The position numbers were made by a program, and so were the translations under genes. Below, one piece after another: positions 1 through 9,697 of a DNA stretch of 64,000 bases (position 1 is the first letter of the stretch; each line of letters starts with the position of its first letter). This stretch comes from Methanobacteriota archaeon (GTDB lineage Archaea > Thermoplasmatota > Poseidoniia > Poseidoniales > Thalassarchaeaceae). The stretch covers positions 25,282 through 89,281 of the forward strand of contig WTHQ01000019.1 of the NCBI GenBank assembly GCA_011523055.1, written 5' to 3'. The notes under the pieces were generated by a model. That model was not told where the DNA came from. It did not search any database and saw only the letters and a program-made list of their open reading frames with translations.

Positions 1-557
1 ATCCTCTTCACCCTATTCCTCGCCATCTTCTCTGCCCTCCTATCCAACCATGCTGATATGCCGCGCTTTTTTGATGAGCTATTGAGAGTTGAATCTGGAT
101 GAGAATCAATATTCTGAGTTCCTAGGTTCTGGCTCACTTCTATTCCACCGACTCGTATCTCCTCGGGCTCTTCCTTTCCTATGTCTAACTCTATTGATTC
201 TTTGTTAATTGATGAGACTCTGTCTGGGATGTTCATTTTCCTACTTTTCTTTCCCTTAGTTTCGAGTCTAGCCAGAGCATCATCGGCCCTCGACCAAAGA
301 CCAGCATCTTCTTGGCTGTATGTCTTGTTCAGCCTACTAATTGCACTGGACCTAAGATATTCGTGATCCTTGCTCCTATTGCCTTGAAAAAACAAAATTA
401 CACCAATTAGGAGCGCTATGACGTGCAAGATGATCTCACCATCTCTATCAGAATCTAAGACAGAGTCAAGTGCGGGAAGGGTCATTCTAAAGGAAAACAG
501 AATTATTGTTGGAGTCATGAACAAGGCAAATGAGACGGGAAAGGACCTGTTTGCCAT
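1..557 (-). CDS. hypothetical membrane protein (3' end truncated by window edge)
   Basis: Not in ORF track. Manual translation from ATG at 557: MANRSFPVSFALFMTPTIILFSFRMTLPALDSVLDSDRDGEIILHVIALLIGVILFFQGNRSKDHEY..., open to position 1; two hydrophobic segments then a charged region. Confidence 0.7.
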   Translation of the reverse strand, partial: MANRSFPVSFALFMTPTIILFSFRMTLPALDSVLDSDRDGEIILHVIALLIGVILFFQGNRSKDHEYLRSSAISRLNKTYSQEDAGLWSRADDALARLETKGKKSRKMNIPDRVSSINKESIELDIGKEEPEEIRVGGIEVSQNLGTQNIDSHPDSTLNSSSKKRGISAWLDRRAEKMARNRVKR

Positions 558-637
558 AGACTACCCTGTCACATTCTTGAAATTAATGTGACCATTCAAT
601 CGTAGGTGTGATGTACATAATGCGATCCATCCGAGCC

Positions 638-1126
638 ATGAGGGTCATTGTCGCAACCACGCTGCTTCCTCATGAGCAACCTGAGATCGTCGTAAGTGCC
701 ACACGTAGCCTCTTTCCTGATTGGAACCCTGAAGAAATCCCTGCAAGGAGGAAGTATCCTACTAAGGCCAATCCAATCAGGTTGGTCTCGGATGTTTCTA
801 GCCTAGAGAAATTAATTGAGAATTGCAAGGCAAACAGGATACTTGATACCGCCCTTGACGCAATGTCTTTGAATTCTGACGGAGATACAACCCATTTTTC
901 CCTCTCGAGGCAGGCAGCCTTGGCAGGTAGGTGCTCCTTCGTTATCGAGGAAGCTCCCGTTGGAGGGACCATCGATGTGACCTTGACCTGCGTGAATTTG
1001 GACGCATATCTCGCTGAAGTGACCTACCACACTGGCCGTGAGGAATACCCTCGATACCCTAATGACGAGTCCTCAATGAATGATGATGGGAGCTCTTCCA
1101 TATGGGTTTCAAAGAAGAGGAGATAG
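638..1126 (+). CDS. UPF0201/DUF54 family putative RNA-binding protein
   Basis: RILDTA...LSRQAALAGRCSF...PVGGTIDVTL resembles the archaeal DUF54 motif (KQAAxxGxVSF...PLGxIxV). Start placed at MRVIV; ORF track starts at 608. Confidence 0.6.
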   Translation: MRVIVATTLLPHEQPEIVVSATRSLFPDWNPEEIPARRKYPTKANPIRLVSDVSSLEKLIENCKANRILDTALDAMSLNSDGDTTHFSLSRQAALAGRCSFVIEEAPVGGTIDVTLTCVNLDAYLAEVTYHTGREEYPRYPNDESSMNDDGSSSIWVSKKRR

Positions 1127-1127
1127 C

Positions 1128-2144
1128 TCACGGAACTCCCTCTTCCATCCAGCGCCTCACAATGGGCAAGTCAGCTGGCAGCCAATTCAAAGAATCCAAT
1201 TCGCACCTCTCGAGCCATCTAGACATGTCATGCTCCTTGAGAACTATCAATGATGGGTCCACAACCCCACAGTCAACAACTCTGAGGACAACTAATCCAT
1301 CATCATAAATGTGGGAGACCTTAGCAACTTGTTTTTTTGCTGATACTGATATTGCAAGCTCCTCTAGCACCTCCCTCTCGACAGCATCAAGTGGACTTTC
1401 ATGCTCCTCGATTTTACCACCAGGGAACTCCCAGAACCCCGACCTCTTGTCTCCTGGTGGTCTCCTGCATGCTAGGACCCTCCCCAACTTATCCTTGATC
1501 AACGCTCCAACCACGTTCACAGTTGGGACCTGGGCTATCCCCCTAAGCAACTTGGTGACGAGGGTTGTTTGTCTTTGCAAAGGGATTCTCTCTATTGGTG
1601 GCAAATGGATGAACAAAATTGGTAACTTTATCTGGCTTTGTTCTCTCATCAGGAGTTCAGCGGAAAGGGTTCTGAAATATGCCTCATTGCAAACGAAGTT
1701 CCCGCAATCCGTGCTAAGCACCACATCATCGTGATCATCTGCAAACTCTCTCAGAAACTGCAGGTTGAAAGTAGTGTCAATGTATTCGTCAGCATCTCTC
1801 TGGATAGATGAGTCTCGCAACTGTCGTCCGGAATTATCTCGTGTCCTCATGTCAAGAATATTTTTCGCACGGATCTCGATGTTGATTTCGGTCCGATCCA
1901 TAGCAATGCCAAGCAATATCACTGCATCGAAATTGCCTGACAGGATGTCCTCCGCTGGCAACCGCGAGCCTCGTTCATCGACAGTTAGGATCTTCGAATG
2001 GATCGAGGCATTGACAGAATCTTCTGAACAGGACCTTGCGACATCCCAGGAATGGTTGGAATTCATTCCGTCGAATGGCTCGAAACCGGTAATCAGAACT
2101 CTTGCGTCCCCTTGACTCTTTGACAACAATAGCACCACGCACAA
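1128..2144 (-). CDS. pyroglutamyl-peptidase I (C15) fused to a C-terminal MutT-like Nudix hydrolase
   Basis: VLITGFEPF, STDCGNFVCN (catalytic Cys) and FIHLP (His) of Pcp, then Nudix box WEFPGGKIEEHESPLDAVEREVLEEL and WLPADLP. Confidence 0.85.
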   Translation of the reverse strand: MCVVLLLSKSQGDARVLITGFEPFDGMNSNHSWDVARSCSEDSVNASIHSKILTVDERGSRLPAEDILSGNFDAVILLGIAMDRTEINIEIRAKNILDMRTRDNSGRQLRDSSIQRDADEYIDTTFNLQFLREFADDHDDVVLSTDCGNFVCNEAYFRTLSAELLMREQSQIKLPILFIHLPPIERIPLQRQTTLVTKLLRGIAQVPTVNVVGALIKDKLGRVLACRRPPGDKRSGFWEFPGGKIEEHESPLDAVEREVLEELAISVSAKKQVAKVSHIYDDGLVVLRVVDCGVVDPSLIVLKEHDMSRWLERCELDSLNWLPADLPIVRRWMEEGVP

Positions 2145-2188
2145 TTGGAAGGGATCAATTTTTTGTCAAGTAAGACCTCTCGATAGCC

Positions 2189-2518
2189 ATGACCTCCACG
2201 GAGCTCGCTGTCAGCATTGACCCGGCTCCACCTGCTAGGGCGACCCCCTTAGGTATTTTGAGGGCTATTTGGAACGAATTGAGTGGGGGGGTGGGGCCTT
2301 GGGGCGCTCTTCGGCCAGCCTTCTCAATCCTCCTGTCGTTTGTGCCATTTTTATTCCTGGGGCAGCATTTCAACAGGCAACACAGGAAAGGAGCATGGTG
2401 GTTTGTACTACAACTCCCGCTCTTGTTGACAGTGGTTCTATGGCCGTTAATTTATGCTTGGTCAATCATTGACTCTTGGTGGGTTTCAAACGGCATTGTC
2501 TCCGATCGCCCAGGCTGA
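2189..2518 (+). CDS. small hypothetical membrane protein
   Basis: 109 aa, two to three hydrophobic helices, fills the gap between neighbours. Confidence 0.65.
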   Translation: MTSTELAVSIDPAPPARATPLGILRAIWNELSGGVGPWGALRPAFSILLSFVPFLFLGQHFNRQHRKGAWWFVLQLPLLLTVVLWPLIYAWSIIDSWWVSNGIVSDRPG

Positions 2519-2520
2519 GC

Positions 2521-3000
2521 TCAAAAGTTCTCTGGAATTCTCATGGGGCTGAAAAGGTGGCCCGGACTTCTCGACTCCGATAGTTGGATTCGGATTAGCC
2601 TCTCCCAATCTCGTAACAAAGCCAACGCGGATGAGAAAGGAACCTCTACGGCGTTGATTGTGGTTCTCATCAGTGTATCTAGGATGTCCATCCTATCTTC
2701 ATCTAGCGATCCGAGTAGCCTGTCCAAAGGAAAGGAGTCTATCAGGGGCGACCTTGAATCGCCATCAAAGGGAGAGGGGGAGAGCAGGTGACTTGGTAGC
2801 CTTTCATCACTATCCTCGGCGACCCGCCGTAGCTCCTCGAGTAGGATCCTGATGTACTTGGAGACCACTAAGGCAACCTCAACCACTGGCATGTTGTATT
2901 GATTCACGAATGCTACCATGTTCTCCTGTATGAATAAGATCCTTTCACCCAGTGGATCTCGAGGATCGGGAATTTTCGATTTCTTGTCCAATGATGACAC
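2521..3000 (-). CDS. hypothetical helical protein
   Basis: ORF directly after the stop of the 1914-aa gene. GAGGTG SD-like sequence near 3003-2998 suggests a GTG (3000) or TTG (2991) start rather than 3093. Confidence 0.65.
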   Translation of the reverse strand: MSSLDKKSKIPDPRDPLGERILFIQENMVAFVNQYNMPVVEVALVVSKYIRILLEELRRVAEDSDERLPSHLLSPSPFDGDSRSPLIDSFPLDRLLGSLDEDRMDILDTLMRTTINAVEVPFSSALALLRDWERLIRIQLSESRSPGHLFSPMRIPENF

Positions 3001-3001
3001 C

Positions 3002-6000
3002 TCATGGCACTGTTCTGTCATCATACCTGATTGGGGAGCCCGAGTTACCACGGACTCCATCGAGCAAGTCATCCGCGATCTCGAACCTATCATTCAACCA
3101 ATCGCCGTCCGTATCCCAGTTAATCGGGCTCGTTCCCTCTGCTATTGAGTCCCCGTCAAAGTCTAGGAGCCACCAGCCGTATGGATACTCGCCTAAACCG
3201 GTATTGGGCAAGTGAAATTTGTCCCCAGCAAACCTTCCGAATGAATCGGTCCAGTTCCCGCTTAGTAGGACATTGTCATTGCTTGTGTCTATCTCCGTGT
3301 AGTCTTGATCGTTGTCATCAATCACAAGCGCATAGAGGGTGTCACTTTGGCTAATTCTGTTCATTCGGAGGTAATTCGTAGAGAGTGATACGCTGGATCC
3401 ACACAGCCCGAGGACCACCTCACGAAATTGCCATCCCTCCTGAACCTCATTCCCCCTGCAGTCGGTCAAGGGGGAAGCTCGGACTAGAGAGGGAGAAGAC
3501 AGGGATGCGTTCACAATTCCAAAATATTCTTGGAAATTGGTGTAGGGGACGTATTGGCAGCCTCCGAGGTTACACTCGAAATCACCATCTCTATCTGCAT
3601 CCCCTCCCACATCGGATGGGTCTGTTGGATCTAGAGTGAACCATGTCCAATTCAGTATCGGCCTGGAGATAGAGCCCCCATTGATGTTCACTGGCTTCCA
3701 ACTATTCGTGGATATTTGTTGCCAAACGACTTCGATTTGCATTAGTGATGACCAATTGTCATTGACCTCGTTCCAACCGAGGTGATACTCATAGAAATCA
3801 GGTAGCATGTCCCCATCCGTGTCGTTATCTAGTGGGTTTGTACCATACTTTAGCACCTCTCTGCCGTCAGAGAGGTTGAAATTTTGATTGTAGTTTGTAA
3901 CAGAACCGTCAATCGAAAACTCAGGCTGCATTAGAATTGAGTCTTGGTCCGTGTCATTTGATAGGGGTAATGTTCCGTTGTTGTATTCCATAAGGTTCGT
4001 GAACAACAAAGGCGTGGAGCCTGGGCTTATTTGCCCAGATGAGTTGAATGGTAGGAAGGTTCTGCTCTCCCAACTGCCTTGGACAGCGACATCATCCAAA
4101 CTGGTCCTGTCATACCAACCATCAGCGTCTGGGTCGTAGGAGCCGTCAAGGGGGTTCAATGGGTTGAGTGACCACCTCATCTGAGATTCTGGCAGTGGCA
4201 ACCACGTACCAAAGACAGAATAACAATACTCCCAACCATCCGGCAGCCCATCCATGTCGGAATCATCATCAGTGGGATCACTTATTCCAAGCAGGGTTTG
4301 ATTGAAGCTATCTGGGTCAAACTGGTTAATCAGTCCCATCCTCTCCAGGGACTGATCTGATTTGGTCGAAAAGGTTCTGTATAGGCTAGTTATCGCCTCC
4401 TCTTCTGAAAGCCCGTTCTCAAATTTCATCGCATTTATTGCATCCTTTGCGTAGGATACTGTCCCCATGCCTTGAGGAATAGTATCGATAGCGAGTAGCT
4501 TGCCATAGACCCTAGATTCATATTCAGCCAAATTGGTAAAGGACTCTGATGGAGATATCGTACCATCTCCATTGCAATCCCATGAGTCTTGGTCTGAGTC
4601 TCGATTCACATCCGTTGATGTTAATGGGTTGATTGACCATTGATTGGCCTCAAGGTCCCACTCAGTAAACCAATATTCGTATCCGTCACTCATACCGTCT
4701 CGGTCTGTGTCGGATTCACTTGGATCGGAAATTCCCAACAATGCACCCAACAAAGGCCTCACAAATCCTTCTGACTGCCAGTCGTTGAATTGAGAAATTG
4801 CGATGTGGGCCCTCCCCTGCTTGGTGAACAAAACCCTGTAAACCCTGTTCATTGATTCTAGTGCATCTAGTGACGTCGCCTCCTCGTAGAACCTGGGTGC
4901 ATCAGGAGGGGCAAGTGCGCCGTTCTCCGGGTTCGAATTCGTCAGGTTCAGTTCGACCAAGTCAGTCAGGCCATCGCGATCTGAATCAAACTGTCCATCA
5001 GACGGAACCAGTGGATTAAGAGTCCATGTTCCCTCTTCGTTATTCCATTTCGTGAAAATCATTTCTACCCCATCCAGCAGTCCGTCACCGTCTGTGTCTG
5101 GGTTGTTAGGATCGGCTGTGAGTGCACTATTGGGGTCCTTGGACCTCGCGGATTCTCCGAAAGACGCAGTTGAATCTGCGGTCAACCAAGGGGTTGGAAG
5201 CCAGTCCCCGCCGCTGTTTAGAAGGTAGAATTGAGGTGTGGTGATAAGTGAGTCGATCTCGCTCAGATTACCCTCTATAGAGTTGTACTCTTCCCAATTG
5301 GTCAGTCCGTCTCCATCTGGGTCTCCAACATCGTCATCCCCATTGACAGGATTCAGTGTCCACTTCTCCTCGAAGACGGACCATCTGGCGTGATATGCCT
5401 CCCAACCATCTGGCATCCCATCTGAGTCCGTGTCAGGGGAAACGGGGTTAGAGGCACCCACGTCTAGCTGTGTAATGTCAGTCAAGAGGCTGATAACCTC
5501 GGTGCTGGCTAGTTCTCCAAAGGACCCCTGTGGCTCGCTTATTTCGTCTGAGGAGTTGAACAGCCATGTCGTCAGATTCTCAGGGAGGCTCTCCGAGAAT
5601 GACCATGCCCCACCAACTAGAATTTCTGATCTCAGATGATATTCAAACCAATTGACAAATTCCTCCTCTTGGGATAGAATTCCGTCTCCGTTGACATCAT
5701 AGCCATCGCCATCTGGGTTTTCCATGGCATCAGACCCATTCAATGGGTTGATGCCTTGATTGTCGAGGTTCCAGGAACACGCATAGCGAGCCTCCCAACC
5801 ATCTGGCAGTGAGTCCCCGTCTGAATCAATGACATTAGGGTCTGTTGCAACCCAACTTAACGCGCTTGCTGACGACTCCCCATGAGTTATGAGTCCATTC
5901 TGTCTCACAGTCTCAAGCAAGACGGACCAGCGATACTCACAAGCGTTGGTGAGCCCATCACCGTCAGCGTCTTCATCTGCGTCGGTGGGATCGAGGGGGT

Positions 6001-8746
6001 CCAGTGTCCAGATGTTTCCGCCGGTATAGTCGTCGCCAATCCATCTTCTGTTCTTTATCTCCCACCCATCAGGCATGCCATCTCCGTCTGTGTCAGGGTT
6101 AGTCGGGTCGGTCGGGACGTCCGAGCCACCACCAGATCCGGAATTGAGCCACCCTGCTAGGTGAACTTGTCTGGCTAGTATGCCATCTGATTCATCGCAA
6201 ATTTGCTCAGGGACCCCTACACCGCCGGTTGAGAGGTAGTGGCATTGGAAGAGGGTAGAGTCGTAGAACCACCCCCAATACTCCTCCCCGTCCGACAACC
6301 CATCCCCGTCAGAATCGATCATTCGTGGGTCGGTGCCGTTGGATCCGTTCTCGGATGAGGAGACATAGCGATACTCATCCAAGTTTGTCCATTGGGCCTC
6401 AAATCCAAAGGGTCCTTCGACAATAAATCCGTCAATGTCCTCGTCTCGGGAGGAGTCAAACGGGTTCGTTGGATCAAGTCCGTGGTAGAATTCCCAGCCA
6501 TCGGGCATACCATCGTAGTCTGAGTCGCTTGAAGTTGGGTCCATTGGGTATATGTTCATGAATTTTCCAGGCTCTATTCCGGAGGCAAACCATCGTTGAC
6601 CGTCGGAAACCCATGAGGTTACATCTGAAATAGGCCCACTCACAGAAACTGGAGGGTCTATCATTCCTAATATCCCACTACCATCCCCCTCAAGTGCCCA
6701 CAGCCCGTCCCTGGAGCCAATAAGAAGCATGCCTGGGATCTGTTCCACAGAAAGGACATCGTTACCGCCGGACAACCAGGTATCGGGATTGAACATCCTG
6801 TCATTTGATATCGCAAACGTCGGTTCTAGAAAGAGGTCCTCTATGTCGATGAAATGTATCCCGGATGGAGTCCCGAGCCAGACTCCAGTGAGTTGGCCTA
6901 TCTCCCCATTGCTAGTCAATATCCCCGCTGGCTCGAGTACGTTGACGACGGACGACTTTGAGGAGTTGAGCAAGTCGGCTATCCCAACGAAGCTTTCAGC
7001 ATTCTCTTCGGTGTACACCCAAAGAGGTGAGCCAAAGGTCTCAGAAAGATCATTCGTTATCCAACGAATCAACCCGGAGTCAGTACCGACTAACAGGAGG
7101 GGGGTATCCCCCGGCCTATCCAGATGAAGGGATACAGTTCCTGTGGCGTTCCTCGAAGAAAGGATCTGTTCTAGAGCTTCCACTGCAGTGGGGCTCTCGA
7201 TGGTCAGTCTACCCTGGTCCGAATTAATTCTAGTAGTGTGTGCACCACCTTGGTTGCCGAGCAAGAGGAGTGCCCCGGGCCCCATCGAGGCTGATGTTGG
7301 ATTCACAGAGAGTATTGGATCAAATTCTAAGAAAAAGGAGGAGTCGAGATTCAATCCATCTTCGGTGAGGGGGAACGCACCAATGCCGAAGTTGGAGGAG
7401 AGTACCAACGCATTCGAGTCATCAGATAGGGTCAACAGGATTGAGTCGGTTATGGTGCCAGGCACAGGTTGTTGGAATGCTTGAGTTGTTTGGGAGATCG
7501 GGTCGAGAATAGTGACACTATTTCTGGAGGTGATAACTAGAGTTCCCAGGAGTTCAGAAACCTGTGTACTAACGATCGCCGAGTCAGAGATTGATGGCAC
7601 TGAGGTCTCAGTCAAAAATGAAGCTTCATCGGGCCTTTCTGATGAGCCGAGATACAAACCGGGCCGGACTGAGTAGCCATCATCTTCTGAAACTTGAAAT
7701 TCTTCATAATTACTCAGCGCTTCCCCCCACATGGATGTTGCGATGGAATTGTCAGGCGTGAGGAATCCGTCGCGGTTCGAATCCCAACCATCAAGATCCG
7801 TATCGACAATTGAGTCAGAGGCATTTCTGGGACTTAGGCCGTAATGATATTCCCAACCGTCTGATATTCCGTCTCCCGGTACAGCCAGAGGGGTCGGAAC
7901 GCCCTCAACGATAGCGTATGAGTCTGAGTCTGGATATCTTGGATCGCTCCCCAACCAACCAGGAATTCCAGTCTCAGTCTCGACTGTTGTTTGGCATGCT
8001 CCAACGGTTATTCCAGGGATTGGACCTTGACACCATAACCCGTCCCTCTCGTCGAGCCAGCCATTTGGTTGCGTGTACCTGTATTCCTCGGAGCTGGTGA
8101 AGCGCTCCCCAGGCTCTAGTACTCCATCTCTGTCAAAATCGTAGCCATCTCCGCAGCCCCAATCCAACAGCCCAATGCATTGGTCTGGATCTTCGATCGC
8201 ATCTCTTGGGTCAAGAGGGTCAAAATAGAGGCAAACCCAGGCGGTTGATGCTTGATCTATGTATCCAGCACCTCCGTCCGTACACATACTAATTTCGTAT
8301 CCATCAGGTAGTCCGTCCCCATCTGTGTCTGATTTCCTTGGATCAAGATACTCTCTGAACCCACTGTCTGTCTCCTCTGGCGATTTCCCAGTCAATGATA
8401 GTCGAGTGGAGAAGCAGGCCTCCAAGCTGTATGGCCAGCAGAATTCCTGGAGGGCGGTGGCTCCGTCCCGATCGTGGTCGCTGAGGTTGTCAGTAGAGTC
8501 TAGAGGATCCAGGCCGAGCACTATGAATTCTTCTTCTATCGTAGGAATTCCGATCGCGGAAGAGAATGCACTTTCGTGAACGTCGGGTATCTGATCTTCG
8601 TCAGTATCGACGGCTACCGGGGCCCCTCCAGTGGCCTCTTCCGGATTTACTGTTCCTACGGGGCTCTGCGGTCTTGTTTGTGATAGGAAAAGGACGCTTG
8701 AAAGCATGATTATTGCGAGAAATGCCGCAGTCTGTTTCCTCCGCAT
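3002..8746 (-). CDS. giant secreted Ca-binding acidic-repeat protein (TSP type-3-like DxDxDG repeats), 1914 aa
   Basis: N-terminal signal/anchor MRRKQTAAFLAIIMLSSVLFL; more than 20 DxDxDG-type motifs such as DTDGDGMPDGWE and DSDMDGLPDGWE; a repeat-free, beta-rich central block. Confidence 0.85.
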   Translation of the reverse strand: MRRKQTAAFLAIIMLSSVLFLSQTRPQSPVGTVNPEEATGGAPVAVDTDEDQIPDVHESAFSSAIGIPTIEEEFIVLGLDPLDSTDNLSDHDRDGATALQEFCWPYSLEACFSTRLSLTGKSPEETDSGFREYLDPRKSDTDGDGLPDGYEISMCTDGGAGYIDQASTAWVCLYFDPLDPRDAIEDPDQCIGLLDWGCGDGYDFDRDGVLEPGERFTSSEEYRYTQPNGWLDERDGLWCQGPIPGITVGACQTTVETETGIPGWLGSDPRYPDSDSYAIVEGVPTPLAVPGDGISDGWEYHYGLSPRNASDSIVDTDLDGWDSNRDGFLTPDNSIATSMWGEALSNYEEFQVSEDDGYSVRPGLYLGSSERPDEASFLTETSVPSISDSAIVSTQVSELLGTLVITSRNSVTILDPISQTTQAFQQPVPGTITDSILLTLSDDSNALVLSSNFGIGAFPLTEDGLNLDSSFFLEFDPILSVNPTSASMGPGALLLLGNQGGAHTTRINSDQGRLTIESPTAVEALEQILSSRNATGTVSLHLDRPGDTPLLLVGTDSGLIRWITNDLSETFGSPLWVYTEENAESFVGIADLLNSSKSSVVNVLEPAGILTSNGEIGQLTGVWLGTPSGIHFIDIEDLFLEPTFAISNDRMFNPDTWLSGGNDVLSVEQIPGMLLIGSRDGLWALEGDGSGILGMIDPPVSVSGPISDVTSWVSDGQRWFASGIEPGKFMNIYPMDPTSSDSDYDGMPDGWEFYHGLDPTNPFDSSRDEDIDGFIVEGPFGFEAQWTNLDEYRYVSSSENGSNGTDPRMIDSDGDGLSDGEEYWGWFYDSTLFQCHYLSTGGVGVPEQICDESDGILARQVHLAGWLNSGSGGGSDVPTDPTNPDTDGDGMPDGWEIKNRRWIGDDYTGGNIWTLDPLDPTDADEDADGDGLTNACEYRWSVLLETVRQNGLITHGESSASALSWVATDPNVIDSDGDSLPDGWEARYACSWNLDNQGINPLNGSDAMENPDGDGYDVNGDGILSQEEEFVNWFEYHLRSEILVGGAWSFSESLPENLTTWLFNSSDEISEPQGSFGELASTEVISLLTDITQLDVGASNPVSPDTDSDGMPDGWEAYHARWSVFEEKWTLNPVNGDDDVGDPDGDGLTNWEEYNSIEGNLSEIDSLITTPQFYLLNSGGDWLPTPWLTADSTASFGESARSKDPNSALTADPNNPDTDGDGLLDGVEMIFTKWNNEEGTWTLNPLVPSDGQFDSDRDGLTDLVELNLTNSNPENGALAPPDAPRFYEEATSLDALESMNRVYRVLFTKQGRAHIAISQFNDWQSEGFVRPLLGALLGISDPSESDTDRDGMSDGYEYWFTEWDLEANQWSINPLTSTDVNRDSDQDSWDCNGDGTISPSESFTNLAEYESRVYGKLLAIDTIPQGMGTVSYAKDAINAMKFENGLSEEEAITSLYRTFSTKSDQSLERMGLINQFDPDSFNQTLLGISDPTDDDSDMDGLPDGWEYCYSVFGTWLPLPESQMRWSLNPLNPLDGSYDPDADGWYDRTSLDDVAVQGSWESRTFLPFNSSGQISPGSTPLLFTNLMEYNNGTLPLSNDTDQDSILMQPEFSIDGSVTNYNQNFNLSDGREVLKYGTNPLDNDTDGDMLPDFYEYHLGWNEVNDNWSSLMQIEVVWQQISTNSWKPVNINGGSISRPILNWTWFTLDPTDPSDVGGDADRDGDFECNLGGCQYVPYTNFQEYFGIVNASLSSPSLVRASPLTDCRGNEVQEGWQFREVVLGLCGSSVSLSTNYLRMNRISQSDTLYALVIDDNDQDYTEIDTSNDNVLLSGNWTDSFGRFAGDKFHLPNTGLGEYPYGWWLLDFDGDSIAEGTSPINWDTDGDWLNDRFEIADDLLDGVRGNSGSPIRYDDRTVP

Positions 8747-8848
8747 GCTTCTCTCCGATGTGAATATGCTTCAGGAACGTATATCACCATAATGGAGCGG
8801 TGTTCGTACGAATTGTAGATATTTCCTATTGCTCTAGTTCTCGAGACA

Positions 8849-9697
8849 ATGATAGATTCATTCATTGATCGACTGGCTTGCCATGGGGTTGTGGTACTGG
8901 AAATAACTCACCTTGGCTCCGGTAGTTCCGGCAATTCAGTGGTGTACAAGAGTGACGAGGCGGTTTTCTTGATTGATTGCGGGTTTTCCACGAAACAAAT
9001 GGAAAAGAGGCTTTCTTTGGTAGGTATTAATCCTTCAGATGTCAATGACATCCTGATCACACACCACCACGCAGATCATTCTAAATCCGCATTAAAATCT
9101 GCAATGAAATGGGGCGCTCGGCTCCATTCTAACTTAGAGACAGCAATGAGGATGGGTTGGCAGCCAATTACAGAGGTCAGGACATTCGCAGATTTGGATC
9201 GCGTGGAAATTAATCACGAAATTAGTGTCATCCCAATTCCAGTTCCTCACAATGATGCAGAGAATGTAGCGTTCATTATCTCCATGAATGGGCAAAGAGC
9301 AGCTTACGTGACAGATCTGGGTGAGGCAACTGATGAGTTGAAAAAACACCTGAAGGGTTGCTCTCACATATCGATCGAGTCGAATTACGATCAGCAGAAA
9401 CTTATGGATGGCCCCTACCCAGATTCCTTGAAAAGAAGGATTTCCGGACGTGGTGGCCACCTTTCTAATCTGCAAACCGCGAGTATCCTACAAGAGGTTG
9501 TTACGCCATTGACGAAATCCATTGTCTTGTGCCATTTATCAGAGAAGAACAACGCACCTCACCTTGCGGAGAGTGAGACCCTGATGAAGATACACGACAT
9601 TTTTCAAGGTGACCTCTCAATCTCAGGCAGTTTGGGGCCAGACTTTACTCACGTTCTGGGGGTTGCCCCCTCCAAGAAGATACGTAGGGAAGTGTGA
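8849..9697 (+). CDS. MBL-fold metallo-hydrolase (YycJ/WalJ-like)
   Basis: LGSGSSGN, LIDCG, THHHADH (HxHxDH), VPHND, TDLG, ESNYD, GHLSN, HLSEKNN motifs. True start may be GTG near 8891. Confidence 0.85.
   Translation: MIDSFIDRLACHGVVVLEITHLGSGSSGNSVVYKSDEAVFLIDCGFSTKQMEKRLSLVGINPSDVNDILITHHHADHSKSALKSAMKWGARLHSNLETAMRMGWQPITEVRTFADLDRVEINHEISVIPIPVPHNDAENVAFIISMNGQRAAYVTDLGEATDELKKHLKGCSHISIESNYDQQKLMDGPYPDSLKRRISGRGGHLSNLQTASILQEVVTPLTKSIVLCHLSEKNNAPHLAESETLMKIHDIFQGDLSISGSLGPDFTHVLGVAPSKKIRREV

Noticed and set aside
181..366. 61-aa plus-strand ORF
   Set aside because: Antisense to a longer minus-strand membrane-protein ORF starting at 557 that runs off the window
3002..8746. Binary toxin/protective-antigen component, or a DNA-level repeat array
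   Set aside because: Only the generic Ca-binding DxDxDG motif is shared; the repeats are degenerate and protein-level, with no constant repeat-spacer period as in CRISPR
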